DNA of 64,000 bases, taken from positions 23,498,001 through 23,562,000 of the forward strand of contig OX442314.1 in NCBI GenBank assembly GCA_949358305.1, in the 5' to 3' direction. This document shows, in pieces, positions 27,101 through 39,725 of the stretch (position 1 is its first letter; every line of letters begins with the position of its first letter). The position numbers were made by a program, and so were the translations under genes. This stretch comes from Strigamia acuminata. Lineage: Eukaryota. Below the pieces are notes generated by a model that had not been told where the DNA came from, ran no database searches, and saw only the letters and a program-made list of their open reading frames with translations.

Positions 27101-29456
27101 CCTGACAACTTTCCGGAACCCGTTCTATGTCCAATACATTGCAGTACATTGCAATTGATAACAGTCATTAGGTGCGTTCAATGTGTAATTACTTTTCCTT
27201 TTCTTACTTTAAATGAAAGTCATTTTCGTTGAATGCACATTAGTTGGTACCAGAAAATGGCTATTTAAAAGACCTGATTTTATAGATATGATAGAAGATG
27301 TACAAAGCAGAAAAGGAAGTCTGTACGTGCTTCCTGGACAGTGACTATTCAAGCATAACTTTTAAAAGTCACGAAACATTCGTAATTTTCGCCTTGTGTA
27401 AAGCATATAAAGCCACTAATAAGTCACTAAGTCACCACCAAAGCAACATTTTAATAAGTGAGAGTAAAGGTCAGTGTTTGACCTATTTTACTACTTTGTG
27501 ATGGACATTTTCAATTTGCATATAAAACTACTAAAATCTGAGTCTACAATGAAAAGTAGACACCGATAGTGAAGGCCATTAACTCCCATCCCAACATATC
27601 ACAAAACCACATAGTCAAAACATAAACAAACCTCGCGTGCTTGAATCAACCTGTATAGAAAGAGAAAGCTCATTCCATTGTTTTGAAAAGTAATTTTTCC
27701 AGTAATCCACCCACTTGCAACTATCCTTTCTTTTTTTTATGAAATAATGTACTAACTTCTGACGAATACAAAGGAAAACCAGTTAAAGGTAATCATTCTC
27801 TTCACTTTGCTTACTAAATCATTGTGTGTGGTCTTTTAATATAATCAGAGACACGTTGTATATAGGCCAGCGCCACCATCACCACACCCTAATTATGTGA
27901 ATCTTCAAAATGAGAAGGGTCATTTTTAAGGTCGTGAGAATTGCCCATTAACAAAGTACCATGGCAATTCCAATTTAGAAAAATATGTAAATTAGACAAA
28001 TTAACCAAGATGTCTTTCGTAGAAATATTGATGTCACCATTTTACAAACGACAATTTACCAACTTTTAAAAATGTATAAAAATAGGAGAAATAAAATCTC
28101 TACTTCAATTGACATTGCCTAGTTTTCAAATTTGAGGACGTCACACTTGAAAAGCCATTTCAACGAAACAACATTTTTAAAAAACATACTTAAACAGGCA
28201 GTCCAATCTCGAATGTAAATTTTGTGTCATTTGATCTGATCAGCTTTCCTGCAAGTCTTAATCTAACTCAGTGGTTCTTAACCTTTTCGTAGTCCAGCCC
28301 CCCAACCGTAGATTCTCAAAATATCTTCATCAGTTTTTATATACCACAAACAATAAAAATTGCACATTTGTTACTATTAAAACACAAACTACAGTTCACA
28401 CCCGGTATCTTGATGCTAAATTCGTACAGCGCATCCCATTCTGCGCAGACGATTTTCTAATCCCAGTTGTTATTTAGCAGCATTAAGCCTATTACTTTTT
28501 TTGTCTTCGGTCGCAGAGAGCATGCACCAATTCTAGACAACAAAACACATTCATCTACAATTTAATATAAATTTTATAGATTTGCCTTAATTTATTACTA
28601 AATTTAAAAAAATTATTATGCTGAAATTGAAGTAGGTTAATGGATTGAATGATTTAGTCTTCTTGCATACCACAGCAACCACACCCAGATGAAAGCGTTC
28701 TCACTTTCTTTTTCCACTGTCCAGCTATTTACTCTCAGGTCAAATGTGTCCAAACAAGACTCTAACCAACAAAAAAAAATCAAAAATAATTCTTTCATCA
28801 CTCGTCCCAACTACAAAAAATACTTCAACGTGTAAACAATTATTTTTTCCCTACACTTTCTTAATTGAATTTTAATGCAATTAACTTTTTCTTACTCAAC
28901 TCAATGTAATGTAAACAGTTCTAAACTGCTTTACATGATCAAAAAATCAGATTAAACTATCTTCAAAAACTGCACCTCTGTACAAGCAAAAATCCAATCA
29001 ACAAGGATAGAGCAGAAAGCGCACTGCATTTATACCTGTCGGTTGTTCGAATCCTGTGGGTACAGATGTATGACTTTTGTAAATGGCCATCTCATCCATT
29101 ACATCCAAATGAAATATTAACAAATTTTCAAATCTCAACCAACTCATTTCCAACCTTTATATCATCCCATCCAATTAAGCGCCCAATTTTTCAATTTAAA
29201 TTAAACTAATTCATTAACAGCCTTTCAACAGCACAATTTTTTTATTGCACAATTTCATCACTTGATTTATCATGGCATTCAACTTTATCACACTCATGAC
29301 GTTCAATGATTTCGGATTCAACTGATAGTCAGTTTTGACACAAATTTCTTAGTCAAAATTAATCTCGCTTAAATAAGCCATTTCCTGCACCACCATATTC
29401 GGTTCAATCTGTGTGATTAATAGTTTATTTGTAAAATTAAGTCCTTTTTAAAATTA

Positions 29457-29849
29457 CAGTAGGGCCTCGATTATCCGAACTAATTGGGGACTTGGGTGTT
29501 CAAAAAACCGAATTGTTCGGATAATCGAACATTAGGTTTATACACATACTGTACTGCATATAAAAATAGAAAATTATTAAAATATAGTTAGAAAGCATTA
29601 AAACCGACCAAAATGGATAAAAATCGTCAAAAAACATTAAAAACCGATTAAAAACATGTGAAAATCGTCAAAAAACATTAAAAACCGATTAAAAATATGA
29701 GAGAATCGTCAAAAAACACATTAAAAATCGATTTAAAAACCGATAAACCGGTAAAAAAAAAAATTGATAAAAAAATCGCTTTACTAAAAAATCGGATAAT
29801 CAATCGTTCGTTTCGTATAAGCAATGTTCCGATAATCGAAGCTTTACTG
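29457..29849. mobile_element. pogo/Tigger-like MITE with internal ~39-bp tandem repeats
   Basis: TA|CAGTAGGGCCTCGATTATCCGAAC ... GTTCCGATAATCGAAGCTTTACTG|TA; about three internal AAAATCGTCAAAAAACATTAAAAACCGATTAAAAA units. Confidence 0.8.
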
Positions 29850-30980
29850 TATTATTATTTTAATTTTTAATTTTTATGATTTTTAGGCAGTAAAATATCA
29901 GTTTAAAATTGTTTCGACCTCCAGTTATTCAAAAAATAAATTCGTGCATCAGAATTTGCTATTTGCATTTCTTAGTAGACATTTCATTTAATTTTGTTTA
30001 TTTATTATTTCAGAAACAATCGGAAAATGAAAACTTTCCCATGGTCTCTTTTCTTCATTTGGAATTGACTTACGGCAGAATCGCATGTAGGTGACATAAA
30101 TTGTAATCGATCTTTATTGCTTTTATAAAAGCTTTCACAATTTCCCAACTGCACATCATAATAATTCAAAACACCAATTAAAAGAAATTATTTCTTCACA
30201 AAAAAAAAAAATCTCAAATTCCCACCTTAATTCCAATTCTCCTAACGTGAACACACAAGTGCACATGAGGTCACATATTTTACTCAATCTAAAACCTCGC
30301 CATTTTCTTCCCACACTCGATCCACATTCAATCCTCCAATCTTTTAGCCAAAACTTAATTTCCCCTTCCACAAACAAACCTTTGTTTACAAACAGAAGCT
30401 ACAAAACCAAAAAAAAAAAATAATAATAAAAAAAAAAAATAATAAATAAACAATTTAAAAAAAATTCTACTTTCTTTAAACAATAGGTCTTACAAATTAC
30501 TTGAAAAAATATGGCTTTATCGTGCCTGGGAGTTTGCAGCCTAACATATTATTAAATGCAAATAATTAGAGTGTGCATTGCAAGATGAAGGCGACGCTTC
30601 TGGTCTTAGCTTAAAAGGCCAGGCCACACACTTGCTTTATCGATTAATCTGATAAAAATGCAAGCTAGGGTGGTATTAAAAAAAGAAATTGTAAAAAATT
30701 AAAAATAGAAGGTCACCAAGAAAGCTTCTTAATTTATTGCTGCACTTGCACAACAAAAAATGCAAAAAGTCGGATTAAAATCTAATTAGTTATATACAAT
30801 CAAAAAACATTATTAGTTGTCACCAACTTTAATACATTTCTATTAATGAAGCTCGTTTGGAGCTTTATCTTCATTTGCAATTCCGCCCACTGTATTTCTT
30901 CCCTATCTTTACACGCCGTGAAATTTTACGCTAATCGGTAGCAATGTTAGTTATTACACATTTCCTGAGAGAAAACAGTT

Positions 30981-31237
30981 GGCGCATTCAAAAAAATTAA
31001 CACAACATGAGAATTAGCGCTACTTGTTAACATGAGATGGCATTTTTGAGCATAATTCGTGCTACCAGGTAGCACTATTATTAACACAAGATTATCGTTC
31101 CCAAAAATCACAGTTATGTTTAAAACAGACTGGATTGGCCGCCATTTTTTAAGTTACATCCAGACAAGCAGTTTAAAAAGCAGTTTAAACATGTTGTTTA
31201 AAATGCTGTTTAGTCTAAATTAATTTATGAATGCGCC
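30981..31237. mobile_element. Probable MITE
   Basis: GGCGCATTCAAAAAA ... TTTATGAATGCGCC inverted ends. Confidence 0.4.
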
Positions 31238-32486
31238 TACAAGGGATTTTACTTAAGATTCTCCTATTAAATCTCGTAACTTAACATCGACTACACTTTC
31301 TTGAATGTGTTTCGTGCTCTCCTCGTTGGAAACCAGTCTGACCAACATTTAATTCTGGAGCAATTGTCATGTATCACAGTAAAAAAAAAAGAATTTTGCG
31401 TTAAGAAAGTTTCGGACAAAAAAGAAGCTTTGACCTGTTCTGACCCATTCCATCTTTAAAAAAAAAAAATAGAAAAAAAGCAGTTATGGTAAATTGAAAC
31501 AGGTCATTAAAAAATATACAATTTTGTCATTAATTAATATTTTTTTGCGTTGGATAAGCTCAAGATTTCATACTTTCTCGGCACGGTGAAGCACGTCTAT
31601 GCTAGTTTTGTCCTTCCTCGCCGTGTCCATTTTCTGTCAATCAACCCCACATGGCTCCACGCAGTATTGACACCATAGGTGGCCAAATTTTCCAACTTGT
31701 TTTTATTTTTTTCATTCAATCCAATAATTTATCCTTCATATTTTTATTTTTTTCATTTCTGCTCCGCACTTATTTAATGTTTACTCCACTGTCGTCATCA
31801 ATTTATCCTTATCTTCCTAATTTGGTGTTCAATTAAATCAAAACAGGAGGCAATAGATGTGGAGCGACTAGAAATGAGGTAAATTAAGTTGAGAAACAAA
31901 TTTGATTGAACTTAACAAAAAAAGATATAATATTAATTCAGATTGGAACTTTAGCACTATACATCACTCTTCCTAACACTCAAAAAATAAATTAAATTAC
32001 CACAAAAAAAAAATAATATCCAAGTTCAATGTCCAAAATTCTAATTACGCTCGCCACAATTTCTTGCTACTCATCCTTAAATTACAACAATTTTGAAATC
32101 AGGTGAGAAAATGACATCCAAAAAAACATCTTGATGAGTTTGCCCATTTCACATCTTATTAAAAATATAACTTCATCCCATCAACCCTCAAATCCACTTT
32201 TATTACCAAAAAAAAATCCTGGCATCCATTAATTTCTAAAAGTTGCTAAACTGCTTGTAATGTGCTGAAGGGTCACACTAAAAGTAACAAGTAAGAGAGC
32301 TTTTTTAAAATACCTATTAATGCACTTTTTTTTTCTCATTTTGTTCAAAAGGAATTTATAACGCTGTCAAAAAAGATTAGATAAAATCTACAGAAAAGAA
32401 AAGTAAGTCTATACGAAAATTCAATGCCAAACTTTTTTCCCACCTGTTTTATCCGAATTTACCCGAACTGAATATTAAATTAAATA

Positions 32487-32585
32487 CAGTCGAAACTCTT
32501 TATAACTAATCGCGATATAACGAATTATCGATATAACGAATACCTAAAAATGACTGATTTTCTTCGTTACAAAGAATTTCAACTT
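32487..32585. mobile_element. pogo/Tigger-like MITE, copy 3 (internally deleted, opposite orientation)
   Basis: TA|CAGTCGAAACTCTTTATAACTAATCGCGATATAACG is the reverse complement of the right end of 14399-14578; other end decayed. Confidence 0.75.
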
Positions 32586-33636
32586 TAAATAAATTCAATC
32601 AATTACAGACTGACATGAATCTTCCAAAAGAATGTATAAAATTCCTTCCTAGAATTATTTCACCCAGACTATAAATAATGCCTCAAAACAATGATCAAAC
32701 CCGTTGAATTATTTTTTCCCTTTCATTTTAAGTTAGAGACAAAACAACCATTCATCATACACAATTTCATTCAACATCATGACCTATCCGCCTCCCATAT
32801 TTTAATCCTTTCCTTTAACACTAACCTTTAAATAAAAAAACCACAAACACACAAAAATACATGTAGGCGTCTTAACCATCTAAATTGTCTTCCCACGGGG
32901 TCATTTGCTATTTATGAGGACTTCTTCTCCTCCCACATATCAATTGATTAAAGTACGACTGCAGACTTCCAAGTGAGCTTTCTCCTGCTTTTTCTCTCGT
33001 CCCTGTCCACACGCCACATGTTTAAATTTACAACGCTGTCGTTGATGCAAATTAAAGCTGTGTCATCACCAACATTTGCAAATGGAGGGTCCTCTACTCC
33101 TCTCACGACGAGAGGAATTCGCTTTGATTTCGTGGTGGGAAGATAAACAAATACAAGGTCGATATTTCGCGATGCGAATCAAGACGAAATCATAACTTAA
33201 AAATTTCGAGGTCTTGAGTAACCAGAAAAAGTTGATTCATTTAGTTGATGGACAGCCATTTGTATGAAATGAAGCTACATTTCTGGTTGCACTTAAGACT
33301 GTCAAACTTTGCTTGCATTTTTGTTTACTGCGGCTACCTAATTAGAAGTTTAGTTTGCGCCCGATAATCTTGATGCCAAATTCAACCACTAAATTCCATG
33401 TTTTGCACACGACAACACACAAGTCTAAAATTGTTTATTACGCACGAGTGAATTAGTTACCTGTTATTATTTCTAAAAAAAACACGTGTTTGTAGTGTTT
33501 ACGTGCATGCACACACGAATTTTTAAAATTCGAGAAAAGTGCTCCTAATAAAACGCGGGATACCCATTCAAAGCGGGTCTAAATAAACCAAAACGACCGT
33601 ATTCTATATGTAAATTAACCAAAATTACTAAATTCA

Positions 33637-33946
33637 ATATCTAAATTGAATAAACTAAAATAAATATCTAAATTGAATAAACTAAAATAAATATCTAAAT
33701 TGAATAAACTAAAATAAATATCTAAATTGAATAAACTAAAATAAATATCTAAATTGAATAAACTAAAATAAATATCTAAATTGAATAAACTAAAATAAAT
33801 ATCTAAATTGAATAAACTAAAATAAATATCTAAATTGAATAAACTAAAATAAATATCTAAATTGAATAAACTAAAATAAATATCTAAATTGAATAAACTA
33901 AAATAAATATCTAAATTGAATAAACTAAAATAAATATCTAAATTGA
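33637..33946. repeat. 27-bp AT-rich minisatellite, ~11.5 copies, inside a probable MITE (about 33540-33999)
   Basis: Unit AATATCTAAATTGAATAAACTAAAATA repeated without visible variation; flanked by inverted TGCTCCTAATAAAACGCGGG / CCCGCGTTCTATTGGAGCA. Confidence 0.9.
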
Positions 33947-36054
33947 TGAAGAACACTGAAGAAAATTATTCAATAGAACACCCGCGTTCTATTGGAGCAT
34001 ATACAATAATTTTGTGAGTTAAAAAAAATAACCTGGTTGTCTAACAATTTTTATTTATTTTTTAAATCCAGCAATTTGTATCCAGTAATATTATCAAGTC
34101 TAATGATGGAGCCACCCAGCTATACATCAGACAAACTACTCTTATTCAACCACCGCGTCCTCTGTGTTATGGTATGAATTTGCAGTTAGTGGCAACTGAG
34201 TATAAATATTATAAATACAATAATAACTTCCAAAGTATCCACAATATTTACTCCCACAAATGTGCGACAAAAAATTCTGCTTTTGTCCTTTAACCGGATT
34301 TATAATAAAATTTTCGATCGATTTTCTCGCTCTTATTTTATGTTTATTTTCAAGAGGAAACATTTTTAAGTTTCCGTATGAGAGCAAACAAGTCTTTTGC
34401 AATTTCCTTCCTGATGTAAACAAACAATAATATCTTCCTTAGGAACATCAATATAAAGATTAATAAAATAAAATTCTTCGAAGCGTTTAAAAAAAATTAA
34501 AAAATATAAAAAAACTTGCTTTTAAGTGTTTTTATTTTTTATTTCCTTTTTTTTAAACCCAGCGTAAATGCACGTCAATTTTTAAGCCAATTATGTAGCT
34601 GTAATCAATTTTTAAAGAGAGGTCAGCGTCTATTCATGGATTCCACATTCCAGACAGGTGAGAGAAATTCATCTTCATCACCGTGAGCTCTTGATAATGT
34701 TGTGTTTACCTTGAAATGTAAACCAGTTCGGTTTAAATGGCCGTTTTTAAAATATTTTCCTTTTTTTTTAAAATAAACAAAATATATATTTTGTTAAATA
34801 ATCAAAAAATTCTTTTGATACGTGTCCACGACGTCCTGCGCCATCTAGTGGTCATGGTAAGAACCAAAACACCAATACTCTGCTTTTGAATTGTTTTTAT
34901 GAATGGTATTTTTATTTTTATTTATAGGGATCAACATTCTTTGGAAATTTGAATTTAAATACTTAATAATTATCATAAATTTAAAAATAAAAAAAAAATA
35001 ATTAAAAATATTTCTTTTGACAAAATTGCAAGATGATTTTCCCATCACATTTTGTCAGCCACTGATTAACTGGGGAGATTATTTTCCCAACCCTTTATTA
35101 CTTCTTCGTTTTCTCAGATTAAATGCAAATGAGGTGTCAAAACGAATTCCCTCCTAGCTTTTCAGGGACAAGTCCACTTTTTAACCTCAATTAAAGTGTA
35201 TTCAGAACACAACTTTTATACCTCGAAAACTTTCATTTTTGCACGTCAAATCAATAAATAATCCAAATTTAAAACATATAAAACACACAAAAGACGTCAA
35301 ATTAAGAAATAATATAATAATTACCTGAAATTTGTCGAAATTCCATAATTTATTTGCATTTGGGACTAACGTGTAATTTTCAAAAATCTTCGTTGACGTG
35401 GCGAAAAACGAAATTCTTCTAACACTTTGCCTTCCCATGATTCTGTAACGATAAAACAGATGTAAATACACACGTTTTAACCTTAGTTTATAAGTGCACG
35501 AACAGATTCTATCAAATGTTTTTTCGATATGGACGAATGACAAGTGAGAAGCGATCACCGGATTTAGGCCTATTTTCAGAGACGACTTCCGTGCCGCGAC
35601 AGTATAAGCATTTACCCATGCGATGTGTCCGTTGCCGTGTTGTTTGTCACTTACATTTCACTTTTATTATTACAGGATGAATATTTAATTTATTAATTCA
35701 TCAAGTAAACGTAATTGAAAATGGCGATCGATTACACTGCGTGCTCATGATTATACCCTTCGCGCACTACCCGTATCAGCACCAGCATGTGACTAATAAT
35801 GATGCAATAGCGCATCGGCTGACACCTTTTGCTCGTTCTACTTTCTCATGTCACCACTGGGGCAAAATTGAACGGTTATGAATTTATTTTTGATAAAAAC
35901 CAAAAAATTCAAAATAAACCTGCTATTTCTGATCTACATTTTATTGTCATTCTCATTGTGTTTTGAATTTGAGTGAAGTGAACAATAAATTATATGCAAT
36001 TATCTGAAATCGTGGGAAATCGCAATTGATAAATGAAATAAATCAATTTAGATG

Positions 36055-38681
36055 TTAATAAAATAATATTTTGTACAACATTTCTGTAATAAAAACAACC
36101 AGAGCAATTGCTATTCCTGAACACAGAGTAAAAAAAAGCCCAACAACTGCAGGGATTTTAATAGCCGTGATTCCTCTTTTCATACGGTCACAATATTCAT
36201 TATGGTCATCAAGTTTAAAGTCAATATACAGTTTTTCGTGAACACCATTTTCCAATAAAAGCTGGATACTAGTTAATAAATATATTGATTAGTGAGCAAA
36301 TTGAATATAAAGTGCCTATACCGATACTACCGATACTTACTATTTATTAAAAAGTTGTTTGTATATAAATTGCTTGTTAAATGCAAAACTAAAGCCGAAC
36401 TTAAGAACGACCTCGTCCAGGAATCTAAAAGAACAGTTATTTCCAATTATGGATTTCATGGTAAATTCTTCCATTATGTATGCTATTTTCTGATTGTAGA
36501 TTAAATCCATTCCTTCTTTATTAGACTTTGGCAAAAGCTCCTCAGGTTTGCTGTTAAATATCTTGTAAGCTTTGTGATACAAATTGTAATATAAATATAA
36601 ATCCTTGTCAAATTTAAAAAAATAAAAAAAAACAAAAAAAAAAACCAAACTTGACGCATTATACTGTATTTGAAAATAGTTTGACTGAAAATATGGGCCC
36701 GTGATAAATTCGTACGTTTGTTTTTATAAGCTTATAGGCTTTGGGCAATGGTAATGGGAGTCTACCAATCTATATTAACAAAATAATAAAGACTGGTGGA
36801 CTCCCATTGTTATTGCCCAAAGCCAACACACACAATAATGCGCCAATGAGTACAAATATTTTGGCTCTGTTGTAGTTGTGGCCCTAACCTTCATTATCTC
36901 AACTATACTACACTCTTTAAGTGTGGCGACCTCATATTTAGTATTGTGGAGCAAATCATAGAAACTGTTAAATGGTAATTTGAGTCGGGTCACAGCTAAA
37001 ATTGAGGTAAGGTTTGAACAGTAGCATATAAACATAACGATGCAAAAAGTGTGAAACACAACTAAACATATTCTACCAGATAAACCGCAGACTCGAACTT
37101 GAAGGCCTAAAACAAATATAATTTTAACGTTATGGCATTGCTTTTTAAATTATCTTTTACCAGTCTTAAGTAAAATATGCAAAGCACTTCTTGTATAATA
37201 ATAAATAATTTTGATACTGCTAATTGTTTTTTTGGGTCGTCGCTCTATATTGTTTCTAGTTAAACTAATAATTGACGACAATACCGCAAATAAAATTGTA
37301 AATCCAATTATGCAAGTCCATGAGTACGAGGAAAAAGGTTCCAAATAAAAGAAAAATCTTTCTTCTGCACTGTCCGTATTGCGGTACATTAGTTTCGCAC
37401 GCGCTGCAGTAATATCTGGCGAATAACTTATGAATTGGGTTCTCTCGTAAGTCGTGGTTAATGAGACTCCCACATCGCTTTCCTAGAATAATGTATTAAT
37501 AGAAAATGTATTTATCTTTTTGCAAAAGCAATTGCAAGAATAAAAAAATTAAATTACATTTCTGTATAATTTTCCAACCATCCCAGAAGCGTGTGAATCA
37601 TTTATCTTATTTCCAAATACCCTATCTTCTGGTACATCCACGCTGGCACTTCATGCAAGAAAACATAACTTAGATTGTTTTATGGTTAATGACTAAACAT
37701 CGGTAAATTACTTAAATAAAAATACGCTTTGAATAGTTTTCAATATTTCACCATGTAGTCCTCCGATAATAAGCTGTCCCTTCTGTTTATAAGGTTTAAA
37801 CAATGGTGGAAACTGGTTCGAAAACGTAGAGAGTTTTATTACCAGCACAATAATTTCTGACTTTGAGTTGAAAACTAATATATTTACCGGTAAAGATGTC
37901 AAGCGAAGCGCTCTTTCACTGTACGAAGGCAAAGGTACAGACAAACGTGAAAATTTTAAACCTCCGGTTTTCGGATTCCAAAAGCCACTTTTTTGCGCTT
38001 TTATCACGTTTCCATTAGCCGAATACAAACGAAATACAAACCATACCTTGAAAACATAAAATTACTTGAATCGAAGCCACTTCAGCATTAAACTCCCAAA
38101 AGTACCTCGTGAGAATGTCCGACGTCCAGTACAAATAAAGCGATATCATGTGGAATAAAAAAATTACCAAAACTCTCCAATTTTTCTTCTAATATTAGCA
38201 ACCAATTAGAAGGGCAATATCTTGATTTTAATGCATTTTTCATTATTCCAATAGCAGTATTTGGTTTGCTTATGATCAACACAGTGCTGAAAGTGTTCAG
38301 TTCGTTCAGCTCAAATTCATTCACAGGTGCAACTCTGGCAGAGATCAGATGTTGCGACAAATGTTTAGATAAGTAAACTTAAGAAAAAAATAAAATTAAA
38401 ACAACTGAAATGTAGTAAAACAAAAAATATTTCCTACCAATTTCAGGACCGTCCATTAAAATAAGAATTTTTGGCCATTTTAAACTTTTCAACAAACTGG
38501 CTGACAATTTTTCAATTAAATCCATTTTTGAATCATCTCGAAGCACTGAACTTACAAAGAAAAAGGCTTCACTAGTGTTTTTTACGTCTTTAGTATCAAC
38601 ATTATCAATACCACCGATATCTTGCTTGCATGAAGCCACTACAATACACAATGCAACTGTAACGTAAAGTAATGCTTCCAT
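36055..38681 (-). CDS. Divergent ionotropic receptor (IR, iGluR-related chemoreceptor), apparently intact, ~600-630 aa
   Basis: GT-AG exons 38681-38438 (may hold a further in-frame 69-nt intron), 38377-38106, 38046-37888, 37812-37712, 37648-37558, 37482-37161, 37106-36889, 36603-36341 and 36268-36055 join in frame (1884 nt). Motifs: signal peptide; S1 FG..SGMVGKL..ESDVG..TTTYER..SYS; LEPFSSYSW + M1; SGRI..CYCSNLTSILAV; LPFNSFYDLL; AYIMEE; last TM VGLFFTLCSGIAIALVVFITE. Confidence 0.88.
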
Positions 38682-39725
38682 CCTTACGTCGTGAGAATTC
38701 AATAAAACTATGAATATACTGTTGGTAGATTATTATGGGCTCAACATTAAATCAATTAAATAAACGTTAAGTTGGCCTGTAATTTAGCCATATACTCCAC
38801 AGTGTATGAAAAATAGCTACCGTACGCTGACAACATTCAATTAGTGCTTGAATAATTGAATAAGTAATCAAATATTTATAGAGCTTAGAACGTCAAAACG
38901 TTTTAGTCGGATAATTTATCTTTACGTCACTGTTTATTTAAGATGTAGATAAGGGAGAAATTAATAATAAAACTAACCCTTCTATACCTGATAATATCAT
39001 TTTCCATAAACATAAATAGAAAATGTGCTCCTACCGTATTTGAAAAGAGACTGTGATTTATTTTAAAATAAAATCTATAGTATATCTATATGTACGATGA
39101 ATTTCAACGTTGCTAAATTTTTTATTTTTTTATTTTTAGTACAAAAGAACTCACCCAGATGTCTCACAACAGTCACTCTTGAAACTGGTTCAAAGTTTGT
39201 CTTTAGCATTTCCCATGCTTCAAGCCCTTTAACGTTTGATGAACGAAAATAAAAATAAAAATTTGAACTTGCAACTCGAGCAACAGAGATTCGTTTGACA
39301 TGTTTGAAATTTATGGCACCATTTTCCCGATGCGCCGCCCCAGTGTTGATTTGTAAACCATCAAATTAATTCTGCCTTGATTAAAGTAAACAAAGAATCT
39401 CACGTTTAGTGTTATTATCTTAGATTTTTTTATTAGATTATAATACAAATGAAATTATAATCTGTTGCGTACAATCCCTTACTGTGCAATGAACTGTGCA
39501 ATGAATTGTGCAATGAACTGTGCAATGAATTGTAAAATATTTATACACTGGGACAAGAAAATACATTTCAAAACGTATTGGCTCTCGTGCACGTACAAGA
39601 TTAAATACCGGTATACATGGTAGAATAAAATAAAAATAAAAATGAAGAACCGGTAGAAAATCAGCGGAATATCATTAAATTAAAATAACTTGCAGAGAAT
39701 TGATAAGTGAACTAAATAAATGTTC

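Noticed and set aside
33615..33956. 113-aa repetitive ORF
   Set aside because: Translation of the 27-bp minisatellite.
7425..35558. Remaining short ORFs in the AT-rich region
   Set aside because: Low-complexity K/F/I-rich translations or TE-derived; no recognisable domains.
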